Of a stretch of 64,000 nucleotides of DNA, positions 40,752 to 50,738 are shown piece after piece (the stretch's first letter is position 1; every line of letters starts with the position of its first letter). The stretch is from Sneathiella sp. Lineage in GTDB: Bacteria > Pseudomonadota > Alphaproteobacteria > Sneathiellales > Sneathiellaceae. Under the pieces are notes generated by a model. The model saw only the letters and a program-made list of their open reading frames with translations. It was not told the origin of the DNA and did no database searches. The position numbers and the translations under genes were made by a program. Where the stretch lies: positions 17,438 to 81,437 of the forward strand of contig NZ_JBLHZT010000014.1 in assembly GCF_047631475.1 (NCBI RefSeq), read 5' to 3'.

Positions 40752-41584
40752 CTGACGGCTCGTCGCTGCCACCGTTACGGGAGGTTATTAACCGCCACGG
40801 GCTTCGCGCAGAAAAGTCTCTGGGGCAAAATTTCCTGCTGGATCTTAACCTCACAGGAAGAATAGCGCGCTGTCCGGGAAAGCTTGAAGGCGAAACTGTT
40901 CTTGAAATTGGGCCTGGTCCCGGAGGCCTCACCCGCGCCATTTTGGCGCATGGCGCTAAACAGGTTTTCGCCATTGAAAAAGACACGCGGTGTCTCGCTG
41001 CTCTTGCTGAAGTTTCCGAAGCCTTTGACCATCGCCTGATCGTGATTGAAGGCGATGCCCTAAAAATATCAGAAGACGAATTACTGCCGGAACGGGCCCA
41101 TATTATTGCAAATCTTCCCTATAATGTGGCCACACCCTTGTTAATCAAATGGCTGAAGAACCGGCACCAGTTCAAATCGATGACCCTGATGTTTCAAAAA
41201 GAGGTGGGTGACCGGATTACTGCATCGCCGGGCAGTAAAGCCTATGGCCGTTTATCTATCATCAGTCAGTGGCTTTGTACTGTTTCCAAACAGTTCGATA
41301 TCTCGCCAAAGGCGTTTACCCCACCGCCCAAAGTTGTCAGTACGGTTGTAAAGCTGGTTCCCAAAAGTGAGCCGGATTTCCCTGCGGATCTTAAAACTCT
41401 GGAAAAAGTTGTCGCCGCTGCCTTTGGGCAACGACGAAAAATGCTGCGGGCCAGCCTGAAGAGCCTTGGCGGCTCGGCAGAGGAAGCTTTGGACGCTGCC
41501 GGGATCAAACCGACATTAAGAGCCGAAGAGCTCTCCGTCGAAGATTTCTGTAGGCTGTCAGAAATATACCGGGCGCGTCAGTAA
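40748..41584 (+). CDS. rsmA: 16S rRNA m6,2A dimethyltransferase
   Basis: [25 protein letters not shown]. Confidence 0.97.
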   Translation: MTDGSSLPPLREVINRHGLRAEKSLGQNFLLDLNLTGRIARCPGKLEGETVLEIGPGPGGLTRAILAHGAKQVFAIEKDTRCLAALAEVSEAFDHRLIVIEGDALKISEDELLPERAHIIANLPYNVATPLLIKWLKNRHQFKSMTLMFQKEVGDRITASPGSKAYGRLSIISQWLCTVSKQFDISPKAFTPPPKVVSTVVKLVPKSEPDFPADLKTLEKVVAAAFGQRRKMLRASLKSLGGSAEEALDAAGIKPTLRAEELSVEDFCRLSEIYRARQ

Positions 41585-42231
41585 CCTTCGCGCAGTTGTT
41601 CCACAAATGTCAAAAGACCAGTTCTGCGATTTCTGCGAACACGTTCTGCTTTCAGGATTGCTTTGACTTCGGACCGGCAACGCTCGATATCATCATTGAC
41701 CACGACGTAATCATACTCCGCCCAGTGGCTGATCTCTTCAGATGCCTTTGACATTCTTTTGGCAACCACCTCGTCACTATCCTGCGCCCGTGTTTTCAGG
41801 CGTTGCTCCAGTGCCTGCGTTGATGGCGGCAGAATAAAGATGCTGACCAGATCGTCTCCAGCTTTCTGGGCCAGTTGTTGTGTGCCCTGCCAGTCAATAT
41901 CAAACAAAATGTCCTTGCCGGCCTTCAAGGCCTCTTCAACGGCCTTCTTCGGGGTACCATAGTAATGATCAAAGACTTTGGCATGCTCCAAAAGCTCATC
42001 CCGGTTAATCAGTAAATTGAAATCCACAGGTTGCATGAAGTAATAGTCTTTGCCTTCCACCTCTCCCGGGCGCGGGGCGCGGGTCGTGGCAGAAACCGAC
42101 ATGGACAGGTCGTCATCTTCTTCCAAAAGAGATCTGGAAATAGTGGTCTTTCCGGCGCCAGACGGTGAGGATAACACCAGCATCAAACCACGCCGTTCAA
42201 TTTCAATCGTTTCTACTTCAACTTCTGACAC
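41578..42231 (-). CDS. gmk: Guanylate kinase
   Basis: [27 protein letters not shown]. Confidence 0.98.
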   Translation of the reverse strand: MSEVEVETIEIERRGLMLVLSSPSGAGKTTISRSLLEEDDDLSMSVSATTRAPRPGEVEGKDYYFMQPVDFNLLINRDELLEHAKVFDHYYGTPKKAVEEALKAGKDILFDIDWQGTQQLAQKAGDDLVSIFILPPSTQALEQRLKTRAQDSDEVVAKRMSKASEEISHWAEYDYVVVNDDIERCRSEVKAILKAERVRRNRRTGLLTFVEQLREGY

Positions 42232-42239
42232 GTCTTGTC

Positions 42240-43133
42240 CTATTCGATATTTTGTGTTTGTTCACGAAGGCGATCAACGACCACTTTCAGATCAAGCCCA
42301 ACTTTGGTCAATTCTTTGTCCCCGGCCTTTGAGCATAGCGTATTAGCTTCCCGGTTGAATTCCTGGCAAATGAAGTCCAGGCGCCGTCCGATAGGCCCGT
42401 CCTGTTTGTTCGCCAGCAGCCCTTCAACCGTTTCAATATGCCCCCGTAAACGGTCAAGTTCTTCCGCGACGTCAGCTTTGGTCGCCAGAACGGCAAGCTC
42501 CTGCTCAAGCCGTCCTTCATCCATTGCGACACCATCGCTCAGGATCATCTCTATCTGCTTGCGCAGCCGCTCCTGAACCCGTTCAGGTCGCCGTGCTGCC
42601 GATGTTTCAGCTTTCTGAACTAAATCGGAAATTTCATCAACTTGTCCCACCAGAATTTTAAGAAGCTGTGCTCCTTCCTCTGCCCGGGAGGCATCCAGCT
42701 TCTCTATCGCCTCATTCAAAGAGGCAAGCAGTGCCTGCTCTAGCCGAGCATGCTGGTCTTCATCTTCTGTTTGATCACTGCTTTCGATCACGCCCTTCAG
42801 CGCCAGCAAGCCATCGGCTCTCGGCTTTTCAGCCTTCCCCTTTTCAACCAGATCAGAGGCAAGTTCCAGCAACTCCTCAAGGAATTGAATATTCACCTGA
42901 TTAACAGATTGTCCTGAATTCTGGTTGAGCTGCAAATGCAGATTGATATTGCCGCGGTGAAAGGTCGCTTTCAGTTGCTTGCGGGCAGTGGTTTCGATGG
43001 CATCGAAGCCATTGGGCACCCGACAACGTATTTCCAGTCCCCGGCCGTTTACACTTTTTAGTTCCCACAACCAGGAGAAGTCGGCCATGCTGCCACTGGA
43101 ACGGGCAAAGCCGGTCATGCTCTTTAAACTCAC
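42240..43133 (-). CDS. yicC: YicC/YloC family endoribonuclease
   Basis: SMTGFAR, SVNGRGLE, EELDRL, GRRLDFICQEFNREANTLCSK. GTG start at 43133 after GAGG. Confidence 0.92.
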   Translation of the reverse strand: MSLKSMTGFARSSGSMADFSWLWELKSVNGRGLEIRCRVPNGFDAIETTARKQLKATFHRGNINLHLQLNQNSGQSVNQVNIQFLEELLELASDLVEKGKAEKPRADGLLALKGVIESSDQTEDEDQHARLEQALLASLNEAIEKLDASRAEEGAQLLKILVGQVDEISDLVQKAETSAARRPERVQERLRKQIEMILSDGVAMDEGRLEQELAVLATKADVAEELDRLRGHIETVEGLLANKQDGPIGRRLDFICQEFNREANTLCSKAGDKELTKVGLDLKVVVDRLREQTQNIE

Positions 43134-43223
43134 GTTGCCTCGCATTCCTAAAATAAAATCGGTGAAAGTATATAACTTTAATTCGACTTCAGGACAAGAA
43201 AGCAACGCGCTATCAGTGGAAAC

Positions 43224-44351
43224 TCAGGATCTTTTTTTGCTGGCGCCTGCACCGACAAAAAGCTTTGACAAAAAACTGAAGAGACGCGCAGAAGGAATAC
43301 CAAACGCGAACCCTGCCATTGAAAAAATCAGGGTGCTGGAAAAATTATGCACCGGTGTAAGCCAGAGAAGTGATAGAAAAGCGGCCAGTCCCAAGACACC
43401 GCCGAGGGCGAAACGCAAGAATATGTCCGGATAATCGGACCGGAGAAACTGAGACTTACGAACTTTTCTTGCAATCATCCAGCTTGTACAGGAAAGAGCC
43501 CCAACCCCGCCCCATAAGGCGGTTATCAAGGCGTCCATCAAAAGGCTTACCTGTTGCGCGAAAGTATCGACAAACATTTGGGCTGATACCGACTGCAACA
43601 ACAGAACAAGCGGGAATAGGATCAACGTAAGAATACCGATTAAAAATGGCACCCCCCATAACAAGCCTGTTGATCCCTCGCTATCAAGGAGAGACTGCCC
43701 ATTTACGCGTTGTTCGTTAAAACAGGCCGTTGAAACGGCGCGAAATGCAGCTTTCAACTCGGTAATCTGTTTCTGTGAATAGACCTCATCCTGAGTTTTC
43801 AGGCAACTGTCCAAGGCAAGATCAAGCTGTTCAAGTTTAGTATGCCCGATCTGACTGGGATGATTTAACAAATACCCACACAGTAGCGACGCCTGCGTGA
43901 TCAATTCTTCTAGATCAAGATCCCTGCCGTCGGCGTCGGCCTCAAGATCACTCTTTCGCGCAGGCGAAGACGTCTCGGCCGGTGTCTCCAGCGGTTGCTC
44001 TTTAGACAATAAAACCGGCTCGCTTTTTGTTTTTTTGGGGTCTCCCTCAGCCGTCGGGTTCTCCGGTACGGCATCGGCCGTTTGTCCCGTTCCCAAGGGC
44101 ACCGAGGATACTTCAGGGGCATCTGCGGCGTCAGTGCCTGTCACAAGGCCCCTTTGGTCTTCAATCCGGGCAGTTCCTCCATCCTGCGCCACAACAGCAC
44201 CTGGTGGCGCATTTCCCGCCAGTGCCGCATCGGAAAGGGTTTGCGCTTTGCCGTTTAAATTGGAAATTTCGACCCGCAACTCTTTCAAGCATTCACGCAA
44301 TTCGCGGCGTTGCTTTAACAGAGTTTGAATAGAATCATTTGTAACCGACAT
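43224..44351 (-). CDS. Hypothetical membrane protein (N-terminal coiled coil, acidic/Pro-rich linker, ~4 C-terminal TM helices)
   Basis: 375-aa ORF fills the mltG-yicC gap on the operon strand. Hydrophobic segments near the C-terminus. Confidence 0.75.
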   Translation of the reverse strand: MSVTNDSIQTLLKQRRELRECLKELRVEISNLNGKAQTLSDAALAGNAPPGAVVAQDGGTARIEDQRGLVTGTDAADAPEVSSVPLGTGQTADAVPENPTAEGDPKKTKSEPVLLSKEQPLETPAETSSPARKSDLEADADGRDLDLEELITQASLLCGYLLNHPSQIGHTKLEQLDLALDSCLKTQDEVYSQKQITELKAAFRAVSTACFNEQRVNGQSLLDSEGSTGLLWGVPFLIGILTLILFPLVLLLQSVSAQMFVDTFAQQVSLLMDALITALWGGVGALSCTSWMIARKVRKSQFLRSDYPDIFLRFALGGVLGLAAFLSLLWLTPVHNFSSTLIFSMAGFAFGIPSARLFSFLSKLFVGAGASKKRS

Positions 44352-44423
44352 AATCCAACACCGTTTTTATTGAAGACCTGCATACAAGACGTCTTAGGCT
44401 TGTATCTGTGCCTTTTCAGCGGA

Positions 44424-45407
44424 TTATTTTTTTCGGCTTCGTTCGATTTTGCGCCAATTTCGGACGTTGCGATTATGTTCGGCCAGGGTTTTTGCAAAAA
44501 CATGCCCACCGGTTCCATCGGCCACGAAATAAAGGTCCTTGGACGCCACAGGATTGAGCACCGCCTTTAAGCTATCAAGGCCGGGGTTACAGATTGGACC
44601 TTTAGGCAGCGATGGTATGATATAGGTGTTATAGTCGTTCGCGGTCGCCAGATCTTTTTTAGAAATACCGCGCCCCAGATCCTTCTGACCATTGGTTATC
44701 CCATAGACGACCGTTGGATCTGACTGTAGCCGCATTTTACGGGCTAACCGATTGAGAAACACCCCCGCAACCCGGCCCCGCTCCGATGCAACGCCTGTCT
44801 CCTTTTCGACAATTGACGCCAGAATTAATAGATCCTGCTTGGACTTTATCAAAGGGTTTTTTGGCGCAGATGCCCATAAACCATCCAGCGTCTTTTGAAG
44901 AGCCTGCTGCATCCGCTTCACCAGATCGTTTCGGGTGTCCCCTCTGGTAAAATGATATGTTTCGGGGAGGATTGAACCCTCAGGAATTGAGACGGTCAAC
45001 GGGCCTTCCAGAACAGGTATTCTCCGGATAAGAGCCGCAACTTCACGGCTTTGCAGCCCTTCAGGAATGGTAATGAAATGTGCGACCGTTTTACCGGAGA
45101 CCAGTAGGTTCATTACCTCTTCACCGCTAATGGCCGCAGGAAAAAGATATTCGCCTGCTTTGAGTTTTTTCCCCTGTTCGTTTAGACGAACACCAAACAT
45201 AAAAGCGATGTCATCGTGAATGATGCCAGAAGCTTCCAACTGGGCCGCAATGGCGCGCAACCCGGCCCCTTTTTTTAGCACCAGCTCTGTTTCGGTCGCA
45301 AGGGGTCCCGGTTTCGTAAACAGGTCCCAGCCATAGGCGGCCAAACCACCAAGTGCTAAATTGAAGAGAACAAAAAGGGCCAGTATGAAGAAGAAGAACC
45401 GCTTCAT
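44424..45407 (-). CDS. mltG: Endolytic transglycosylase MltG
   Basis: LASIVEKET, VFLNRL, LQSDPTVVYG, YNTY...LPKGPICNPG. Confidence 0.96.
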   Translation of the reverse strand: MKRFFFFILALFVLFNLALGGLAAYGWDLFTKPGPLATETELVLKKGAGLRAIAAQLEASGIIHDDIAFMFGVRLNEQGKKLKAGEYLFPAAISGEEVMNLLVSGKTVAHFITIPEGLQSREVAALIRRIPVLEGPLTVSIPEGSILPETYHFTRGDTRNDLVKRMQQALQKTLDGLWASAPKNPLIKSKQDLLILASIVEKETGVASERGRVAGVFLNRLARKMRLQSDPTVVYGITNGQKDLGRGISKKDLATANDYNTYIIPSLPKGPICNPGLDSLKAVLNPVASKDLYFVADGTGGHVFAKTLAEHNRNVRNWRKIERSRKK

Positions 45408-45428
45408 AATGACCCCTGAATACCTAGA

Positions 45429-46688
45429 TTATACCCGTTTCATAACCAGGCTGGCATTTGTGCCGCCAAAGCCAAACGAGTTAGACAGAACCGCATCGAC
45501 TTTCTTTTCCTGCGCCACATTCGGCACAAGGTTCAAATCAAGACCGTCTGATGGATTATCCAGGTTAATGGTCGGTGGCAAAACACCTTCTGTCATGGCA
45601 AGAATGGAGAAAATCGCTTCAACGCCACCCGCGGCCCCTAACAAATGCCCAATGGCTGATTTTGTCGAAGACATAGCAAGGCTATTTGAATTGGCACCGA
45701 ACAACCGTTTAACGGCACCCGCTTCAATTTCATCACCCAGCGGCGTTGAAGTACCATGGGCATTAATGTAGCCAATTTCGTCTGTGTTCAAGCCAGATTT
45801 TTTCAGAGCCATCTGCATGGCACGATACCCGCCGCTGCCATCGCTGGCAGGCGCAGTAATATGATAGGCATCGCCTGACAGACCATACCCAATCACTTCT
45901 GCATAAATGTTAGCGCCGCGTTTTTTAGCATGTTCATATTCTTCAAGAACAACAACACCAGCCCCTTCACCCATAACAAATCCGTCGCGATCTTTGTCAT
46001 AAGGACGGGAAGCACGGGTCGGATCATCATGGAAATTGGAGGACAAAGCCTTTGCTGACGAGAAGCCAGCATACCCGATCCGGCACATGGCCGCTTCGGC
46101 GCCACCAGCAACCATCACATCCGCATCATCATCTTTGATCATGCGAGCGGCATCGCCAATGGAATGAGCCCCAGTTGAACAAGCCGTTACAACAGCGTGA
46201 TTGGGACCTTTATATCCATGACGAATGGAAACTTGACCAGACACCAGATTAATAAGGGCGCCTGGAATAAAGAACGGGCTAATGCGCCGCGGTCCTTTTT
46301 CAAAAAGCTTGATGGAGTTTTCTTCGATGGACGGCAATCCACCGATACCTGAACCAATTGAAACGCCGGTCCGGTAAGCCTGTTCTTCTGTTTCAGGCTT
46401 CCAACCAGAGTCTATAATCGCTTCTTCCGCAGCCGCGATGCCATAGATAATAAAACTATCAAGCTTGCGCTGCTCTTTCGGGGCCAACAATTCGTCGGCC
46501 CGAAAGGCATCTGGATGACTTTCATCGACAGGAACTTCACAGCCGTACTTTACAGCCAGACCTTCCGTATCAAATTTGGTTATCATACCCGCGCCAGACT
46601 CTGAATTAATCAGTCTGTTCCAGCTAGGCTTCACACCGTTCGCCAGTGGCGTCACGAGACCCAGTCCTGTTACAACAACACGTCGCAT
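45429..46688 (-). CDS. fabF: Beta-ketoacyl-ACP synthase II
   Basis: VTACSTG, NAHGTST, KSAIGHLLGAAG, SNSFGFGGTN. Confidence 0.97.
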   Translation of the reverse strand: MRRVVVTGLGLVTPLANGVKPSWNRLINSESGAGMITKFDTEGLAVKYGCEVPVDESHPDAFRADELLAPKEQRKLDSFIIYGIAAAEEAIIDSGWKPETEEQAYRTGVSIGSGIGGLPSIEENSIKLFEKGPRRISPFFIPGALINLVSGQVSIRHGYKGPNHAVVTACSTGAHSIGDAARMIKDDDADVMVAGGAEAAMCRIGYAGFSSAKALSSNFHDDPTRASRPYDKDRDGFVMGEGAGVVVLEEYEHAKKRGANIYAEVIGYGLSGDAYHITAPASDGSGGYRAMQMALKKSGLNTDEIGYINAHGTSTPLGDEIEAGAVKRLFGANSNSLAMSSTKSAIGHLLGAAGGVEAIFSILAMTEGVLPPTINLDNPSDGLDLNLVPNVAQEKKVDAVLSNSFGFGGTNASLVMKRV

Positions 46689-46739
46689 ACCAAAACCTAT
46701 CGAAGAAAGAAATTAAACCAGTTTCAACACTCTATCGAC

Positions 46740-46973
46740 TTAGAGAGCCGCATCAATAAAGGAAATAGCGTCCTTCACTGTTTTGATGTTTTCTGCTGCA
46801 TCATCAGGAATTTCGATACCGAACTCTTCTTCGAAAGCCATAACCAGCTCAACTGTGTCCAGGCTGTCTGCGCCAAGATCATCAATGAAGCTTGCTGTTT
46901 CAGTAACTTTGGCTTCTTCAACGCCCAAGTGTTCGATTACGATTGCATTTACGCGTGCGGCTGTATCACTCAT
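46740..46973 (-). CDS. acpP: Acyl carrier protein
   Basis: [20 protein letters not shown]. Confidence 0.99.
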   Translation of the reverse strand: MSDTAARVNAIVIEHLGVEEAKVTETASFIDDLGADSLDTVELVMAFEEEFGIEIPDDAAENIKTVKDAISFIDAAL

Positions 46974-47156
46974 TAGTAAATCCTCAGATATTCCGGCAAA
47001 TAGTTAATAGTCTTCATTACCCCCAGTATGCGAAAAAAACAAGCAACAAGAGGTCATGTAATTTTGTCGGCGTTCCTAACATACTTTACAGTTAATGCAA
47101 AGAAAACCTGTCATCATCCGCTTTTTTCTGACGCATCAGATAAAAGCGGATTTTGT

Positions 47157-47894
47157 TCAAATCATGGCCATGCCACCGTTCACATGGATTGTCTGGCCTG
47201 TAACATACGCGGCTTCATCAGACGCTAAATACAGGACTGCTGCGGAAATATCCTTCGGATCTCCCAGTCTCCCAATAGGAACGACACCCAGCAAATTGGA
47301 TTTCTGATCATCAGATAATTCATCAGTCATGGCTGTTTCGATAAAACCAGGTGCCACACAATTTACCGTGATCCCCCGCGCAGCGACTTCCTGTGCCAGC
47401 GATTTTGACATTCCGATCATGCCTGCTTTCGACGCGGCATAGTTCATTTGTCCGGGATTCCCGGTTACGCCAACAATGGATGTAATACCGATAATGCGGC
47501 CATTGCGCCGCTTCATCATTCCGCGCAAACAGTTTTTAGACAGCTTGAACGCCGCTTTGAGGTTGACATCAAGGACGCTGTCCCAGTCTTCATCCTTCAT
47601 TCGCATGGCAAGACCGTCTTTGGTAAGGCCGGCATTGTTGACCAGGATATCCACCTGCCCCATCGCCGCTTCTGCATCCTTGATAAGGCTGTCAACGGCG
47701 CCCATGTCTCCCAGGTCACACGGAACTACATGCACACGGTCACCCAGCTGATCCGCAACTTCCTGCAACGCTTCCTTGCGACGTCCTGAAAGAGCCACAA
47801 CTGCGCCCGCGGCATGCAAATCACGCGCAATCGCGGCGCCTAAACCGCCCGATGCACCCGTAACCAGCGCACATTTCCCACTAAGGTCAAACAT
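47157..47894 (-). CDS. fabG: 3-oxoacyl-ACP reductase
   Basis: TGASGGLG, NNAGLTKD, NYAASKAG. Confidence 0.97.
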   Translation of the reverse strand: MFDLSGKCALVTGASGGLGAAIARDLHAAGAVVALSGRRKEALQEVADQLGDRVHVVPCDLGDMGAVDSLIKDAEAAMGQVDILVNNAGLTKDGLAMRMKDEDWDSVLDVNLKAAFKLSKNCLRGMMKRRNGRIIGITSIVGVTGNPGQMNYAASKAGMIGMSKSLAQEVAARGITVNCVAPGFIETAMTDELSDDQKSNLLGVVPIGRLGDPKDISAAVLYLASDEAAYVTGQTIHVNGGMAMI

Positions 47895-47922
47895 CTATTT
47901 CTCCCAAGTCCCTGATTGTCTT

Positions 47923-48876
47923 TTAAAGGGTTTGTAAAAAGGCCTCAATATCAGCAGGTGACTGCACAGCAGTTCCTGTCATCGCCTTATTGATACGACG
48001 AACCATTGCCGTCAGCACCTTACCGGTACCAACTTCAACCAATTGTTCAATTTCCTGATTCCCCATATACAGAACAGACTCGCGCCAACGAACCCGACCC
48101 GTAACCTGCTCGACAAGAAGTTTGCGAATGATTTCAGGATCACTGACCTGATCAGCCGTGACATTCGCAACCAGCGGCACAGTTGGTGGTGCGATGGTGA
48201 CAGATGCCAGCGCCTCCACCATAGCATCCGCAGCGGGTTGCATCAGCGGACAATGGAACGGGGCACTTACAGGCAACAACATTGCCTTGCGAACCCCTTT
48301 TTCCTTCGCAAGCTCGATGGCGCATTCGACGGCTTCCTTGTTTCCGCTCAAAACAACCTGTCCGTCAGCATTGTCATTTGCCGCAACGCAAACCCCGTCG
48401 CCCTCACTCGCTTCCGCAGCTTCCTTGACCAGTTCCTCAACAGGACCAATATCCATCCCAAGCAACGCGGCCATAGCGCCAACACCAACGGGGACAGCCT
48501 GCTGCATCGCCCGGCCTCTGATTTTCAAAAGCCGTGCTGTATCCGCAAGCTGTAATGAACCGACAGCCGTCAGCGCGGAGTATTCTCCCAGCGAATGTCC
48601 GGCTACGAATTCGGAAATATCGCTTAGTTTGAATTTCCCTTCACTTTCCAGAACGCGGGCCACAGCAACACTGACCGCCATCAACGCTGGTTGGGTATTT
48701 TCTGTCAGGGTCAAATCTTCCATTGGCCCTTCATACATCAACTTTGTCAGTTTCTGTCCCAGAGCGTCATCGACCTCTTCAAAGACCTGCGCGGCGACGG
48801 GAAAAGCGGCTGCGAGCTCTTGGCCCATACCGACTGTTTGGCTACCCTGACCCGGGAAAACAAATGCACGTTTCAT
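47923..48876 (-). CDS. fabD: Malonyl-CoA:ACP transacylase
   Basis: FPGQGSQ, GHSLGEY, VSAPFH. Confidence 0.97.
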   Translation of the reverse strand: MKRAFVFPGQGSQTVGMGQELAAAFPVAAQVFEEVDDALGQKLTKLMYEGPMEDLTLTENTQPALMAVSVAVARVLESEGKFKLSDISEFVAGHSLGEYSALTAVGSLQLADTARLLKIRGRAMQQAVPVGVGAMAALLGMDIGPVEELVKEAAEASEGDGVCVAANDNADGQVVLSGNKEAVECAIELAKEKGVRKAMLLPVSAPFHCPLMQPAADAMVEALASVTIAPPTVPLVANVTADQVSDPEIIRKLLVEQVTGRVRWRESVLYMGNQEIEQLVEVGTGKVLTAMVRRINKAMTGTAVQSPADIEAFLQTL

Positions 48877-48949
48877 AAATATTTGATCCGATTTTATTGA
48901 GAGTCTTATGTGACAGTCATATTACTTCAGTTTTTCCTGTCAAGCCTAC

Positions 48950-48977
48950 TTGATTAAACTGCCCAAATCTGTATAGT
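48950..48977 (+). promoter_or_regulatory. Candidate sigma70 promoter of rpsF-rpsR-rplI
   Basis: TTGATT-N16-TATAGT. Confidence 0.5.
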
Positions 48978-48992
48978 CCGCGGCCTCAATAA

Positions 48993-49070
48993 CTCCTTGC
49001 CGGCGGAGGTCGGCTACATCTGTCCTGTTCGCAATTGTGTGAATACCAGATTTTTATAAGCCATAAGGAG
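48993..49070 (+). ncRNA. Structured rpsF leader, probable S6:S18-binding autoregulatory element
   Basis: CTCCTT (48993-98) pairs with SD AAGGAG (49065-70). CCG follows directly. Nested stems GGCT/AGCC, ATCTG/CAGAT, TTCGCA/TGTGAA. Confidence 0.6.
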
Positions 49071-49079
49071 CTTTTAACA

Positions 49080-49511
49080 ATGCCTCTTTACGAGACAGTA
49101 TTTATTGCTCGTCAGGATATCTCTACCCAACAGGTAGAAACTCTGACAGACGAAATGTCCAACTTCATCACTGAAGGCGGCGGAAAAGTTGCTAAAGTAG
49201 AAAACTGGGGTCTTCGGAACCTGGCTTACAAAGTAAAGAAAAACCGCAAAGGCCATTATGTTCTTCTAAATCTTGACGCTCCTATTCCTGCCGTTAAGGA
49301 AATGGAACGGAATCTTCTTCTGAACGAAGACGTTCTGCGTCACATGACACTGCGTGTCGACGAATTGGAAGACGGTGATTCTATCATGATGCAAAGCAAG
49401 AGCCAACGCTCACGCCGCGATCGTGATGATGAAGAAGCACCTAAAGTAGAGGCCGCAACTGAAGAAGCGACCACTGAAACAACTGAAACTGCTGCAGAAG
49501 GGGAAGAATAA
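49080..49511 (+). CDS. rpsF: 30S ribosomal protein S6
   Basis: [21 protein letters not shown]. Acidic tail. Confidence 0.98.
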   Translation: MPLYETVFIARQDISTQQVETLTDEMSNFITEGGGKVAKVENWGLRNLAYKVKKNRKGHYVLLNLDAPIPAVKEMERNLLLNEDVLRHMTLRVDELEDGDSIMMQSKSQRSRRDRDDEEAPKVEAATEEATTETTETAAEGEE

Positions 49512-49744
49512 TGTCTGATGCACGTCGTCCATTTTTCCGCCGCCGTAAAACCTGCCCATTTTCAGGTGAAGGTGCACCAAAGATCGATTACAAAGATGTA
49601 AAGCTGCTTCAGCGCTTTGTTTCCGAACGTGGTAAAATCATGCCAAGCCGAATCACTGCTGTTTCAGCCAAGAAACAACGTGAATTGGCAACTGCAATTA
49701 AACGGGCCCGCAACCTCGCGTTGCTGCCGTTTGTTGTAAAATAG
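49511..49744 (+). CDS. rpsR: 30S ribosomal protein S18
   Basis: [30 protein letters not shown]. Confidence 0.99.
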   Translation: MSDARRPFFRRRKTCPFSGEGAPKIDYKDVKLLQRFVSERGKIMPSRITAVSAKKQRELATAIKRARNLALLPFVVK

Positions 49745-49784
49745 GTACCTCCGAAAGGATCACACTTTTCGGATTGAAGGATTT

Positions 49785-50738
49785 ATGATCAGGGATCTCA
49801 GTTTTAGCGTCGTATTTGGCATTGCCAGTATTTGCATCCTCTACCTTACGGTACCCGGTGCGAATAACCCGGTTGGGTCGGCGAACGCTTTTCAGACATT
49901 GGCCCTGATGACCTTGTCTACCTTACCTTTGTTCCTTTCAGGATTAGGGTTTGGTCTGGCAAATGTTTCGATCTCGGTATTGACCGCAGTTGTCTTCGCC
50001 GCGATTGTCATAAACCCGATATTCGGTGTTACCTATGTTCTGACTTGCGGCCTGCCTATCGTTTTTCTTGTACGACAGGCGCTTTTATGGCGTGAGGATG
50101 AAAGTAAAGTAAACTGGTACCCGGCTTCAAACCTTATGGTCTGCTGGGTTTTGGTTTGCATCGCTCTTTCCAGTATGGCGCTTATTTTGCTGTACATGGA
50201 TGATGAACTTCGCACAGCCGTTATTCGCCTTTGTGAATTGATGCTGGAACAAGTTCATAAACAGAGTGGTCTAAAGGTCGTTATGACGGCGGAAGAACTG
50301 GTTTGGCTCATGCCGCAGTTCTTTGGTCCCATTTGGGGCGTTGTTCTTTTGCTCAGCGGAAGCCTTGCACAAGGTATTCTTGTTCGATTTAAAAAGAACG
50401 TACGCCCTACCCCGGAATTTTCCGGATTTATGTTACCTCTCTGGATGGCGATTATCGCGATTCTGGGACTTGTTCTAAGCTTCGTGCTTGAGCAGATAAA
50501 TCCATTTCTGGGAGCGATCATTGTAGCACTGGAAATCGCCTTTTTCCTTCAAGGGATGGCTGTGATCCATAAGGTATCTGTAAGTTGGAGTTACCGGTCG
50601 TTGGTTTTGACGGCGGTATATCTGATTGTGATTTTAATGTTCTGGCCGGCTTTAGTAATTGCCTTGCTAGGGCTGGTTGATAGTTGGATTGGATTCAGAA
50701 GTCGCTTACCCGCGGCTCCCGATCAGGAGGAAGACTGA
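49785..50738 (+). CDS. DUF2232 (YybS-like) multi-pass membrane protein
   Basis: Highly hydrophobic. [10 protein letters not shown] motif. Lies between rpsR and rplI. Confidence 0.75.
   Translation: MIRDLSFSVVFGIASICILYLTVPGANNPVGSANAFQTLALMTLSTLPLFLSGLGFGLANVSISVLTAVVFAAIVINPIFGVTYVLTCGLPIVFLVRQALLWREDESKVNWYPASNLMVCWVLVCIALSSMALILLYMDDELRTAVIRLCELMLEQVHKQSGLKVVMTAEELVWLMPQFFGPIWGVVLLLSGSLAQGILVRFKKNVRPTPEFSGFMLPLWMAIIAILGLVLSFVLEQINPFLGAIIVALEIAFFLQGMAVIHKVSVSWSYRSLVLTAVYLIVILMFWPALVIALLGLVDSWIGFRSRLPAAPDQEED

Noticed and set aside
48158-48850. 230-aa plus-strand ORF
   Set aside because: Antisense shadow of fabD, with the Ser/Ala/Thr-rich composition typical of such frames.
49420-49511. 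Short GAA/ACT repeats in the rpsF tail (and the acidic rplI tail)
   Set aside because: Ordinary low-complexity acidic tails of S6 and L9, not a DNA repeat element.
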